64,000 nt of DNA from Chloroflexota bacterium (GTDB taxonomy: Bacteria > Chloroflexota > UBA11872 > VXOZ01), in NCBI GenBank assembly GCA_963662335.2, contig CAXXVD010000005.1, positions 576,001 to 640,000 on the forward strand, read 5' to 3'. A program made the translations under genes and the position numbers. Shown in pieces: positions 40,647-53,400 of the stretch (within the stretch, counting starts at the first letter, position 1; every line of letters begins with the position of its first letter). The notes under the pieces are model-generated. The model saw only the letters and a list, made by a program, of their open reading frames with translations, was not told the DNA's origin and did not search any database.

Positions 40647-41984
40647 CTACGTAGAGAGGGCCGGCATCTCCGGCGCCGGCCCAACCACCAATGCCAAGCC
40701 GTCCACCTCGTAGACCCACACCGTCTTGCCCTCGGCGACCGCCGCGCCCATGGTCCGCGCCGACCACTCCTCGCCGCCGACGCGCACCACGCCCTCCGGG
40801 TCCAGCGCCGTGACCGCCACGCCTTCCTGGCCGACGATGCGCCGGCTGCCGCGAAATTGCTGCGGCTCCGCGTGCGACTGCGCCGCCAACCGCACCAGCA
40901 AGAGCAGGAACCCCACCGAAAACGCCACCATGACGCCGAGCACCCACGGCGAGACGAAGAACGGGCCGCCGAACGGCGCGGTGAGCGGCTGGTAGAGCAG
41001 CAGCGTGCCGAGCACCAGCGCCGCTACGCCGCCGAAGCCAAGCACGCCAATGCCGGGATTCTGCGCTTCGAACCCAATCAAGGCCGCGGCCACCACCAGC
41101 AGCGCCACGCCGCCCCAGTTGATGGGCAAGGTGCCAAACGCCACCAGCGCCAGCACGATGGCAATCGCGCCCACCACGGCCGGCACGACCGCGCCCGGGT
41201 TATAGAGTTCCGCGATCACGGCGTAGAGGCCGATCAGGAAGAGCAGGTAGGCGGTATTGGGATTGAGGATGAATTTGAGCGCCTGCTCCGCCAGATTGGG
41301 CTCCATCTCCCGCAGCGGCGCGTTCCCCACCACCAGCGTGCGCGTCCAGGAATCCGTTTGCACCTGGTGGCCATCCAGTTGCGCCAGCAGGTCGGGCACG
41401 TCAAGCGCAATCAGGTCCACCACCCCGGCATCGACCGCCTCCTGCGCGGTCATCGTCTGGCTGGAGCGCACCGCCTGCTCGGCCCATTCCGCGTTGCGGT
41501 TGCGCAATTCGGCCAGGCTGCGGATGTAGGCCACGGCCTCATTCGTCACCTTGGCGTCCATGTCGCCCATGAGTTGCCCGCCGCCTGCGGAGACCGGATG
41601 CGCCGCGCCAATATCCGTGCCCGGGGCCATCACCGCCACGTGCGCCGCCATGGCCAGAAAGACCCCGGCGCTCGCCGCGCGGCCGCCTTGTGGAGAGACG
41701 TACACCACCACCGGCACGGGAGAACTCAGCATCCCCTGCACCATGGCGCGCATCGACGAGTCGAGGCCGCCGGGCGTGTCGAGCAGGACGATGAGCGCTT
41801 CCGCCTGGTCGGCGGCGGCCCGTTCGAGCGCGCGGGCAAAGAGCCGCTCCGACGCCGGGTCGATGGCGCCGGTAATGCGCACCGTATCCACCGTGCCCGT
41901 GCGCTCTTGGGCAAGCGCCGCGCCGGCAAAGAGTAATCCCGCAAGCAAAACGATGACGCCCGGCAGCGCTCTTCGCATCACCAT
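40647..41984 (-). CDS. NfeD long form (ClpP-class membrane serine protease)
   Basis: LDTPGG, AASAG, IGAAHPV, TM bundle, C-terminal OB fold (GEEWSA); operonic with SPFH. Confidence 0.9.
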   Translation of the reverse strand: MVMRRALPGVIVLLAGLLFAGAALAQERTGTVDTVRITGAIDPASERLFARALERAAADQAEALIVLLDTPGGLDSSMRAMVQGMLSSPVPVVVYVSPQGGRAASAGVFLAMAAHVAVMAPGTDIGAAHPVSAGGGQLMGDMDAKVTNEAVAYIRSLAELRNRNAEWAEQAVRSSQTMTAQEAVDAGVVDLIALDVPDLLAQLDGHQVQTDSWTRTLVVGNAPLREMEPNLAEQALKFILNPNTAYLLFLIGLYAVIAELYNPGAVVPAVVGAIAIVLALVAFGTLPINWGGVALLVVAAALIGFEAQNPGIGVLGFGGVAALVLGTLLLYQPLTAPFGGPFFVSPWVLGVMVAFSVGFLLLLVRLAAQSHAEPQQFRGSRRIVGQEGVAVTALDPEGVVRVGGEEWSARTMGAAVAEGKTVWVYEVDGLALVVGPAPEMPALST

Positions 41985-42147
41985 GCCTCCCTGGCCTTTC
42001 CTTCCATTATACTCCCGCCCGCTGCCCAGCGGACAGCGCGCGCGGCGGCGCTTGCCGCAGCCATGCCAACCTGTCACGATTGATGAGAGGTGGGCGCGCG
42101 CTTGCCGTCCGCCGTGCCCGCCGCCAACCGCAACAGAAAGAGCGCCG

Positions 42148-44180
<2,033 letters not shown>

Positions 44181-44184
<4 letters not shown>

Positions 44185-44208
44185 GGGCACGACGTGTCGT
44201 GCCCCTAC
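44181..44208. repeat. Family G GTAG palindrome overlapping the YyaL stop
   Basis: GTAGGGGCACGAC-GT-GTCGTGCCCCTAC. Confidence 0.85.
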
Positions 44209-44255
44209 ACCGCAGCCAGCCGCCAACCGCCGCTGGCAATTGAACCGGCAAGGCG

Positions 44256-44978
44256 CTACATCATGCTGCGCGCCACGTTGCCGCCGTAGGCCGACTCCCC
44301 GCGCACCAGCACCCGGTAGGGGTCTTGCACGCCGGCCAGTTCGTCCACGCTCACGTAGCCCATGGTCATGCTCGTGCGCGTGCCGTCGGTGAGATTGGTG
44401 CCGACCCGGTGGAATATCTGGCTGTCGATCACCGCCAGGCCGCCGGCCGGGCTGGGCACCGGCACTTCCTGCGCGCGGATTTCATCGGTGATGACACTCT
44501 CCACGCTCGTCTTCGTGCCCGGGTTTTGTATCCAATTGAAGAGGTGCGTGCCGGGCACCACGTGCGTGCAGCCGTTCTCCACCGTAGCCTCTTCCAGGTA
44601 GAACAGCACCGTCACGATGTCCCGCGTCCATTGCAGCACGTCGCGGTGCAGCCCCGTATTCCCACGCGAGGGCGGGTTGAGCGTGGAGTGGTTGTGGCGG
44701 TTCGTGATGAGCTCGATGTTCGGCCCCAACAGCGACTCCAGGGAGTCGAGCACAAGGGGGCTGGTTGCGGTTTCCCTGAAGATTGGGTCTCGGTCGAGCA
44801 CTTGAGAGAGCCGGATCACGTCCCCATACTTATCGCGGACGTAGGGTTCGACCTCATTGGCCACGTCGTTCTGGATGGCCGCCTTCAGCCGCGCCACCGT
44901 CTCGTCCGGCAGCCGCCCCGGCAGCCGCAGAAAGCCATTGTGGCGAAAGAGCTTTATCTGGTCGTCGGAAAGGGCCAT
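44256..44978 (-). CDS. Phytanoyl-CoA dioxygenase (PhyH) family Fe/2OG oxygenase
   Basis: F..NGFL, LHRD, ENGC..VVPGTH, FHRVG.N...TR. Confidence 0.88.
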   Translation of the reverse strand: MALSDDQIKLFRHNGFLRLPGRLPDETVARLKAAIQNDVANEVEPYVRDKYGDVIRLSQVLDRDPIFRETATSPLVLDSLESLLGPNIELITNRHNHSTLNPPSRGNTGLHRDVLQWTRDIVTVLFYLEEATVENGCTHVVPGTHLFNWIQNPGTKTSVESVITDEIRAQEVPVPSPAGGLAVIDSQIFHRVGTNLTDGTRTSMTMGYVSVDELAGVQDPYRVLVRGESAYGGNVARSMM

Positions 44979-45120
44979 GCCTGCACTCCTAAAGTGATGT
45001 GACGCGCTATCGCGTCATCTCTCATACGCTTCTCGCACAATTCTACGCTGCGCTCCGCCAAATTGCACCTGAAGCGCGTATTCCTGACAAAACCCGGCAG
45101 TGCGGACGCACCGGTTCGAG

Positions 45121-45156
45121 AAAAAACACCCGCCCTGCGCAAGCGCGGGGCGGGTG
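45121..45156 (-). terminator. Rho-independent terminator of SBP gene
   Basis: CACCCGCCC..GGGCGGGTG stem followed by T6 on minus strand. Confidence 0.8.
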
Positions 45157-45193
45157 CAAGTTCGCGTCTTCAAGCATTCCGAGCGAATGCGCG

Positions 45194-46588
45194 TTAACCG
45201 TCGATGCGGGCCTTCCACTCGTCCAGGATTGCCTGCATGTCGTGCTCGGCTGACGCCAGGCCTTCCTGCGGCGTCAGCTTGCCGGAGGTCACGTCGTCCA
45301 CCAACGGGATGCGCCAGCGGCGGCGCAAGGCCTCCGCGCCGGGGATGCCCACGTTGCCCACGCGATGCGGGATCATCTCGTTCTGCAGCAGCAGGAACGG
45401 ATCGTTCTCGTGGAATTCCACCGAGTCGGTCACGGAGATGCGAATCGGAATGCGGTCGAAGCGCTTCGCAAACTTCAAGTTCCATTCGGGACGTGCCCCA
45501 AACTCGATGAAGGCCCAGCCGCCGTCCGGGTTCGCGGCGCTATTGCCGATGTGCCACGTGTGCGTGCCGCCCCAGGTGGCGTGCTTATCGGTAGAGCGCG
45601 GGCGCGGATACGGCATGAAGTGGAACGTCAGGTCCGGCGCGTTCACCCGCAGCCACTCGCCGCGCTCGGCGTACGTCGCCCAGTAGTTGGCGATGCGGCC
45701 GTCGTTGAAGTGCACGTTGGAACGAATGCCCTGTCCCCGGAGTTGCTGGACGTTGTCCCAGCCGCCCTGGAGATCGAAGATCTTCTTCAGCCACGTGAGC
45801 GCTTCCACGGCCTCCGGGCTGTTGATCGTGACCGTCCAGTTGTCATCGCTAAAGCGCGAGCCGCCGAGTTGGGTGAGGGGGACGATCCACTCGTTGTGGC
45901 CGCCGCTGCCCCAGAAGGGCGCATAGCCGGAAACGGTGAGCACACCGCCCGCGTCCTTCTTGGACGTCTTGGCGACCACCTCTTCCATCTCGTCCCAATA
46001 CTGGGGCGGGTTGTCCGGATCCAGGCCCGCTTCCAGATAGCTCTCCGTCCGCATGTACATGACGCGCAGGTCGGGAGAATACGAAAAGCCATAGAGCTTG
46101 CCGTCCCAGTAATTCTCAGCGAAGAGCGATTCCCAGAATTCGCTCATGTCAACCCCGGAGGCCTTGACGCGGGGCAAGAGGTCGGTCGCCACGCCGGTAA
46201 GGCCCCACTCCGGCGAGAACCAGTCGCCGCCGGAGGCCACGTCGGGAGACGAACCGGCCGCGGCCGCGGTGATGACCGTATTCCACAAGCTGGCCGGCGT
46301 GGAACCCACCACGCGGACCTTGTTGTCGTAGGCCTCGCGGAAGGCATTGGAAATCTCGCCGCCGGTATCCGTGCCAAAGTCGTACTTGGTGGGACTCCAA
46401 ACCGTCACCACGCCTTCGACCGCGCCGGGTTCGGTCACGGCTGCGGGCTCATCCGCCTTGGCTTCCGGCTCGGCCGCCGCGTCGGGCGCTGCCGCCGGCT
46501 GCACGCCGCAGGCCGCCGCGAGCATCGTTGCCGCGCCAATCCCAGCCCCCGCCAGGAAATTGCGTCGCGAAATGTGCGTTGCTCTCAC
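45194..46588 (-). CDS. Carbohydrate-type ABC solute-binding lipoprotein (Tat signal)
   Basis: SRRNFL, LAAAC, GLDPDNPP; distant paralog of 2611-3999. Confidence 0.88.
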   Translation of the reverse strand: MRATHISRRNFLAGAGIGAATMLAAACGVQPAAAPDAAAEPEAKADEPAAVTEPGAVEGVVTVWSPTKYDFGTDTGGEISNAFREAYDNKVRVVGSTPASLWNTVITAAAAGSSPDVASGGDWFSPEWGLTGVATDLLPRVKASGVDMSEFWESLFAENYWDGKLYGFSYSPDLRVMYMRTESYLEAGLDPDNPPQYWDEMEEVVAKTSKKDAGGVLTVSGYAPFWGSGGHNEWIVPLTQLGGSRFSDDNWTVTINSPEAVEALTWLKKIFDLQGGWDNVQQLRGQGIRSNVHFNDGRIANYWATYAERGEWLRVNAPDLTFHFMPYPRPRSTDKHATWGGTHTWHIGNSAANPDGGWAFIEFGARPEWNLKFAKRFDRIPIRISVTDSVEFHENDPFLLLQNEMIPHRVGNVGIPGAEALRRRWRIPLVDDVTSGKLTPQEGLASAEHDMQAILDEWKARIDG

Positions 46589-46808
46589 TGTGCCCCCTCC
46601 TTAATCTGGGGTACAATACTGCCACCGAGACAAACTCTATCACCCGCCAAGTACATCGTCAATGCGCTTTGGCGAAAAGAAACTCCCTCTCCCTGGGGAG
46701 AGGGGGCGATGACCGCGCGCTCACCGCTTCCGCGCGCCAAGTCCGCCGCGCTTCCCCGGTTTCCGCGCGTCAGGCGGGCGCACAGCCATATACCCACGGC
46801 GGCGCGCT

Positions 46809-46817
46809 TGGTATAAT
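46809..46817 (+). promoter_or_regulatory. Extended -10 promoter for accDA
   Basis: TGGTATAAT ~40 bp upstream of ATG 46859. Confidence 0.55.
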
Positions 46818-46858
46818 GGCTTCGGTGTCTCCTTTTGACCCCCGCCCCAACGTGCCCC

Positions 46859-47767
46859 ATGCAGCGACTATTCCGCAACAAAGAACGGCGCTTTGGCATC
46901 TTGCCCAGCCGCCAGCGCCAGCCCGACGTGCCCGACGAACTCTGGGAGAAGTGCGCCGGCTGCGGCGAGATGATCTATGCGGCCGAGTTCGAACAGAACG
47001 CCCGCGTCTGCCCCAAGTGCGGCCACCACGCCCGTCTGAGCGCCCGCACCCGCGTGGAGTATCTGCTGGACGCCGGTTCGTTCGCTGAGCGCGACGCGGG
47101 GATGCGCTCCCGGGACATCCTGGACTTCAAGCGTCCCGAGCGCAGTTACGAACAGAAACTGGAAGATGAAGCCGCCAAGTCCGGCATCGGGGAGGCCGTG
47201 CTCTATGGCAGCGGCGCGATACGCGGCGAAAACGTCGTGCTGGCAGTCATCGACACCAATTTCTTCATGGCGACCATGGGCTCGGTGGTAGGCGAAAAGA
47301 TCACCCGCGCCATCGAGCTAGCCGCGGCGACGCGCACGCCATTGGTCATCGTGTCCGCGTCGGCCGGGGCGCGCATGGAAGAGGGCATGTTTTCGCTCAT
47401 GCAAATGGCCAAGACTTCCGCCGCCCTAACGCGCCTGCACGAGGCCGGTGTGCTCTACGTTTCGGTGCTTACCGATCCCACGCTCGCCGGCGTCACCGCC
47501 AGCTTTGCCACGCTTGCCGATGTGATCGTTGCCGAGCCGCAGGCCACGATTGGCTTCACCGGCCCGCGCCTCATCGAACAAATCACCCACGCCAAGCTGC
47601 CGGCCGGCACGCACTCGGCCGAGTTCATGCTGGAGCGCGGCATGGTGGACTGCATCGTGCCCCGCAGCGACCTGCGGCGCGCCCTCGCCCGCCTGATCAG
47701 CCTCTACGCGCCCCAAGCGCCGGCCGCCGGCGCGGACGGCGTGCCCCACGCGGGGACCCTAAACTAG
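46859..47767 (+). CDS. accD: Acetyl-CoA carboxylase carboxyltransferase beta
   Basis: LWEKC..C..VCPKC zinc finger, VVGEKI, GARMEEG..SLMQMAKT. Confidence 0.96.
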   Translation: MQRLFRNKERRFGILPSRQRQPDVPDELWEKCAGCGEMIYAAEFEQNARVCPKCGHHARLSARTRVEYLLDAGSFAERDAGMRSRDILDFKRPERSYEQKLEDEAAKSGIGEAVLYGSGAIRGENVVLAVIDTNFFMATMGSVVGEKITRAIELAAATRTPLVIVSASAGARMEEGMFSLMQMAKTSAALTRLHEAGVLYVSVLTDPTLAGVTASFATLADVIVAEPQATIGFTGPRLIEQITHAKLPAGTHSAEFMLERGMVDCIVPRSDLRRALARLISLYAPQAPAAGADGVPHAGTLN

Positions 47768-47770
47768 CCT

Positions 47771-48721
47771 ATGGCCTACGAATTCGAACAGCCGCTGCTC
47801 GCTCTGCGCGAGCGCATCGACTCGATGGAGTCGGAACTCAAGAACGGCGCGCCGGACGACGTAGCGCAGGAGTTGCAGTCGCTCCGCGCTGACCTCGAGC
47901 GGCAGACCGGGGACGTGTTTGCCGGTCTCTCGCCCTGGGACCGGGTGCAACTTGCGCGCCACCCGCAGCGCCCGCGGACGCTGGACTTCATCCGCTACGC
48001 CTTCACCGACTTCGTGGAACTCCACGGCGACCGCCACTTTGGCGACGATCTTGCCATCGCCGGCGGCCCGGCGCGCCTGGACGGCACGCCGGTCATGGTT
48101 GTCGGCCACCAGAAGGGCAAAGACGCCAAGGACAACCAGCGGCGCAACTTCGGCATGGCGCACCCGGAAGGCTTCCGCAAGGCGCAGCGACTCATGCTCC
48201 AGGCGGAGAAATTCCGGCTGCCGCTCTTTACCTTCCTCGACATCCCCGGCGCCAGTCCCTTCTTGGCGGATGAGGAACGCGGCCAAGCGTGGGCGATTGC
48301 CGAGAACCTGCTGGCCATGAGCCGGTTGCGCACGCCCATTATCGTCACCGTCATCGGCGAGGGCGGCAGCGGCGGCGCGTTGGCCCTGGGCATCGGCGAC
48401 CGGGTGCTCATGCTGGAATACGGCATGTACTCGGTGGCGTCACCGGAAGGCGCGGCCTCGATCGTGTGGAAGGACGCCAAATACGCGCCGGAGGCCGCCA
48501 AGTCGCTAAAGCCCTTCGCCGACGATCTGCAAGCCCTCGGCATCATCCACCGGATCGTGCCGGAACCGCCCGGCGGCGCCCACGTCGACCCCCATGCCGC
48601 CGCGCAAACTCTCAAGTCCGCCCTCGTCGAGGAACTGGCGGCCCTCCGCCCCCTGCCGCTGGCTACGCTGGTAGAGCGCCGCTACGCCTTCTACCGCTCC
48701 CTCGGCGTCGTTGCTCCGTAA
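47771..48721 (+). CDS. accA: Acetyl-CoA carboxylase carboxyltransferase alpha
   Basis: ARHPQRP, ELHGDR, GEGGSGGAL, SPEGAASI, EPPGGAH. Confidence 0.96.
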   Translation: MAYEFEQPLLALRERIDSMESELKNGAPDDVAQELQSLRADLERQTGDVFAGLSPWDRVQLARHPQRPRTLDFIRYAFTDFVELHGDRHFGDDLAIAGGPARLDGTPVMVVGHQKGKDAKDNQRRNFGMAHPEGFRKAQRLMLQAEKFRLPLFTFLDIPGASPFLADEERGQAWAIAENLLAMSRLRTPIIVTVIGEGGSGGALALGIGDRVLMLEYGMYSVASPEGAASIVWKDAKYAPEAAKSLKPFADDLQALGIIHRIVPEPPGGAHVDPHAAAQTLKSALVEELAALRPLPLATLVERRYAFYRSLGVVAP

Positions 48722-48859
48722 CGAAACTCCGCTCCTCTCGCCGGGTACGCGAAATGCCAACGCCTCTCGCCCTTTCCCGAGAGCCGCGACGACGGGGGAA
48801 TCACCATGACCGTCCGCCGCCCAGACGCGGGAATGATACTGACAGCGATTTCTCTGTCC

Positions 48860-49222
48860 GTCATTCCCGCGCACGCGGGAATCCATCTTGGTCTGACGAG
48901 TAGCCAAGAGCGGATGGATTCCCGCGTGCGCGGGAATGACGGAGGCTGCCACCCCACTCCCATGGTGATGCCAGAGACCGTTACGCTACTCTTCTGAGGA
49001 ATGCCAGCCGTCTCGCATTGGCGCTCCCGGCAAAGAACGTGGACCTTCCTGACCCCCCAACGCCGGTAGCGCGAGTTTGCAACCTGCGTCTTCTCTGCCG
49101 CCAACGCATAGCGTCTCCGTTGCCCTCGGTCCGGCGGGGGACAAGCCCCCGCGCTACGTCGAGTCGGCCAAGCCCCCGCGCTACGTCGATGCGACACCAT
49201 TGGGGACAAGCCTCCGCGCTAC
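48860..49222. repeat. Repeat cluster: B doublet, C, inverted A x3
   Basis: B 48860-48884 and inverted 48916-48940; C ~49065; A inverted 49134-49157 plus two partial copies. Confidence 0.88.
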
Positions 49223-49245
49223 ATCGACGCGCGGGCATCACGTCC

Positions 49246-50061
49246 CTACTCCAGGCCGAAGATCGTATCCAAAGATTCAGCCATGATGCGCGCGCCCAAC
49301 GCGGGATTGTGGCGCATCGGCCCAATCTCAACGGTCACGTAGTCGTCGTAGCCAAGCTCGCGCCACGCCCGGCGCACCGCCGGCCAGTCCACGGAGCCTT
49401 CCAACAACGTCGTGAAATGGCCGCCGGAACGCTGCGCGACGAAGTCCTTCACGTGGCACTTGACGATGCGCTTGCCAAGGATGCGAATCCACTGCTCCGG
49501 ATAGCCGTAGGCCAGGATGTTGCCCACGTCGAAGTACGCGCCCACGTGGGGATCGTTGATTTCGTCCACGAAGCGGGCGAACTCCAGCGGGCTGAGGAGA
49601 AACTTATTCCACACGTTTTCCACGCCGATCGTCACGCCCACGCTGCGCGCCTTGGGCACAAGCGCGCCAATCCCGTCGCGCGCCCGGTTGTAGGCGTCGT
49701 CATACGCGGTGTGTTCGTCCACTACGCCCGGCACCACCAGCAGCGTGTTCGCGCCGATCTCGCCGGCGATCTCCAGCATCCGCTCGTTGATGCGGGCGGC
49801 GTTGGCGCGCTCGTCCGGGTCGGCGGACGTCATGCGCACCTGCCAGTTCAAGCCGGTGTAGGTGCTGGGCAGGTCCAGGCCGATCGACTCCGCGTGCCCG
49901 CGAATAGCGCGCAATTCCTGGTTCGAAAGATTGACGTGCAACGACCCCTCATTGGCGAACGTCAACTCCACGCCGTCGAACCCCGCCGCCTTGGCCGTAT
50001 CGAGAATCTCGTGCGGCTGCCAGTCGCCCGGCAACGCGCCCCGGTTGAGACCTTTCTTCAT
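49246..50061 (-). CDS. Sugar phosphate isomerase/epimerase (hexulose-6-P isomerase-like)
   Basis: AGFDGVEL, ENVWNKFLLSPLE, YFDVGN, HVKDF. Confidence 0.88.
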   Translation of the reverse strand: MKKGLNRGALPGDWQPHEILDTAKAAGFDGVELTFANEGSLHVNLSNQELRAIRGHAESIGLDLPSTYTGLNWQVRMTSADPDERANAARINERMLEIAGEIGANTLLVVPGVVDEHTAYDDAYNRARDGIGALVPKARSVGVTIGVENVWNKFLLSPLEFARFVDEINDPHVGAYFDVGNILAYGYPEQWIRILGKRIVKCHVKDFVAQRSGGHFTTLLEGSVDWPAVRRAWRELGYDDYVTVEIGPMRHNPALGARIMAESLDTIFGLE

Positions 50062-50428
50062 CGCGCTCGTACCTCCTCGCTGCTGCGTGCTGCTACCGTA
50101 TGTCCGCGCGCCGCTCTGCGCGCCACTCATTGCTCACACTGTCCCTACCCATGAAACCCACTTTGCCTGCATAAGTCAACGGAAGAGACGCGCGGCGCAG
50201 GCAAGCCCCGTTGCGGCGTTCCCGCTGCCGCCGCGCAGCGTTCAGCGCAACGACCGGCGCGGACGCGCCAATCTTGCCGCAAGCGCAATCCCAAGCGACG
50301 CTGGGAATGACGATAGACGCGCCCGCCTTGTACAATGTCATGCGGGGCGCCGGCGTCTACATGCCCAGCGAGCCGCGGCGGAAGGCCGCCCGTGCCAATT
50401 CTCTTCCACCAACTCCCAGAGCGCTACC

Positions 50429-53400
50429 ATGTATCGTAAACTCGGGAGCCTCGTCGTCTCCCTGCGGATTCCATTGTTGCTGCTGTGGCTCGCCCTCGCC
50501 CTGGTGGTGGGTCTTACCGCGCCGGCTATCAGCGACGTTGCGTCTTCCGACCAGACCAGCTTCTTGCCGACAACCGCCGGCTCCATTGCCGCCCGCGATT
50601 TGGAAGCGCAGAAGTTCGCCGGCAGCGGCAGCGCCAGCAGCGGACTGCTGATCTTCGCGCGGGAAGGCGGCCTGACTGCCCCAGACCGGGACTTTGCGGA
50701 ATCCATCCACAATTGGCTGCTCTCGCCCGCGGGGCCCGCCGTCGTGCAGGACGTGGTCTCGGTCTTCAGCCACCCGGAGCAGGCCGGCGCCCTCATTAGT
50801 CCCGACAACGCCGCTATGCTGCTCACGGTGAACTTTACCGTGGCGTCGTTTCAGCCGGTGGTGGATGAGGCGACGTACGCCATCCGCGAGCGCGTGGCCC
50901 AGGGAGCGCCACCCGGACTGGCCGCGCACTTTACCGGCGAGGCCGGCCTGGGCACAGACTTAGTGGAAAGCGTCGCGGAGAGCACGGACCGCACCGCCAT
51001 CGTCACCATCGCGCTCGTCATCGGCCTGCTCTTCTTCATCTACCGCGCGCCGCTGGCGGTGTTGATCCCACTTGTCACCATAACCCTGGCCTATCTGGTC
51101 GCGCGGGGCGTCCTGGGCTTCCTGGCCCAGGCCGGCTGGCAGATCTCTTCCCTGCTGGATACGTACATGGTGGTGCTCGTCTTTGGCGCGGGCACGGACT
51201 ACTCGCTCTTCTTCATCTCGCGCTTCCGGGAGGAACTTGCCCAGCGCTCAACCCACGAAGCGGCGGTGCGCTCCGTGCAGCGCATCGGCGCGGTGATCTC
51301 GGCCAGCGCCATTACGACTATGGTGGGCCTCTCCGCCCTGGGCATGGCGCGCTTCGGCATCGTGCAGACCATGGGCCCCGGCCTGGCGCTCGCCGTCGGC
51401 ATCACGCTGCTTGCCGGTCTGACGCTGACGCCGGCGCTGCTGTCGCTCTGCGGGCAGCGCCTCTTCTGGCCGCGCAAGACCAGCGTCGAAAACACCCAAC
51501 CGTCCGCCTTCTGGGTGCGAGTGAGCAATCTGGTCGCCCGGCGGCCCTTCATCCCCGTGCTGCTCATCACGGCGCTCTTGGCGCTGCCCTACGTGGGCCT
51601 GACCCAGTACCGGGATGACCTGGCCATGGTGGTGTCCCTGCCGGAGAGCACGGACTCGCGCCAGGGCTTCGACGCGCTCGCGCGGCACTTCCCGCCGGGC
51701 GCGTTCGCGCCGGCGGTGGTGCTGCTGCGGTTCTCCGAGCAACAGGATCTCACGTCGCCGCCAATGTTGGGCGCGGTTGCCGCGATACAGGCTGAACTTG
51801 CAGCCTTTGGCAGCGTCGATCGGGCGCGCAGCATCACCGACCCCACAGGCGACGGCAGCGCCGCCACCGTCTTGCGGGTGCCGGCGCAACTCGAAGGGAT
51901 TGCCGCCGCCCTGCGCGACCCCCCGGCGGACGAGGGCGCAAAACCGGCACAGCAGTTCGCTGCCGCGCTCGCTCAGGTGGACGCCTTGGCGCACTACCTG
52001 GCGGAGTTGGCGGACGCCTTTCCCAATCTGGCCCGGGACGCCGCATTTGCGCAGGCGCGCGGCGCGTTGGCTGACCTGGACGCAACCGCCGCCGTCGCGC
52101 GGCTTCAGGCGCATCCCACGCAACAACTGCGACAGTTTGCGGCAGGCCTGCGAGAGCCCGCGCCTGCGGGGGCGGCGGCAAGCCCGGCGCTTGCGCTCGC
52201 CCCGTTGGACAGCTATCTGGCCGAGTTGTCCGCCGCGTTTCGGGACGTCGCCGCTCTGCCTGCCTACGTGGAAGCGCGCCGGCTGCTCGCCGAATTCGCA
52301 CAAGCGGCGTCTATCGCGGCGGATTCATCCAACCTCTCCGCTCAGCAACGCGCGGCCCAAATAACCCAAGCGCAAGCCCTGGCCGGCGGGATCGCCGCCC
52401 GGCTCGACTCCCTCGCCGGTTTCTTTGCCGAGCGGCCGGATGCCGTGTTCTTCCCCACCGCCGCGGCGGGGGAAAATCCCATGCAAGCGGCTATGGACAA
52501 CACGGCGGCAGCGCTCATGGCATTGCGGGCGGAGTTTGCCGCCTCGCCGCACCCCTACTTCATCCCTACCTCTCTGCCGGGCAGCGCACAAGCGGCCAAC
52601 GCCGTCTTGCCGCACTTCGTCTCCGCGGACCGTACCACGCTCCGCTTCTTCGTGACTCTCGCGGAAGACCCGCTCGGCCAGTCGGCAATCGCGGCCATGC
52701 AAGAGATTAGGCAGTCGCTGCAACGGGAACGCGGCGGGCCTTTGGCTTCCGCCGAACTCTACGTTGGCGGCGCTACCGCCGAAGTCAGCGACATGCAGCG
52801 CATAGTCCGCCAAGACCTGAAGTCCGTGGGTGTGGTCACCGTGGTGGGCATCTTCTGCGTCCTGGCGCTGCTGCTGCGCAGCCTGGTCGCGCCGCTCTAC
52901 CTGGTTGGCACGGTGGTTTTCTCCTATGGCAGCAGTCTGGGGCTGGTGACGTTGTTCTTCCAGGGAGTGCTCGGCCACGAAGGCGTCTACTACCTGCTGC
53001 CTCTGACGGTGATGGTCATGCTCATCGCGCTGGGCGCGGACTACAACGTCTTCCTGGTGCACCGCATCCGCGAAGAGAGCGCGTCCCTGCCGCTGCGCGA
53101 CGGCGTGCGCGTGGCGTCCGCGCGCACCGGCGCCATCATTACCGCCGCCGGCGTCATCCTGGCGGGCACGTTTGGCGCGCTCACCGTGGCGCCGCTGCAA
53201 CTGCTCTTCCAAACGGGCGCGGCCGTCGCGTTAGGGATCCTCATCGACGCGCTGATCGTGCGCTCGCTGCTGGTGCCGGGGATCGTGACCCTGGTGGGCA
53301 AGGCAAACTGGTGGCCGGCGTCAGTGCGCGCGAACTGGTGGCCCATCTTACCCGCCGGCGCGCGGGGGCCCCAGGGCGGCGAACAGGGCCTGGCGCGGGG

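Noticed and set aside
39609-41984. NfeD-SPFH pair as a novel system
   Set aside because: Widely described conserved operon
41551-42147. Long N-terminal extensions of the ORF track (also 49862-50428, 251-439, 12066-12707, 32015-32227)
   Set aside because: They overlap opposite-strand genes, repeats or the tRNA; family-typical starts lie downstream
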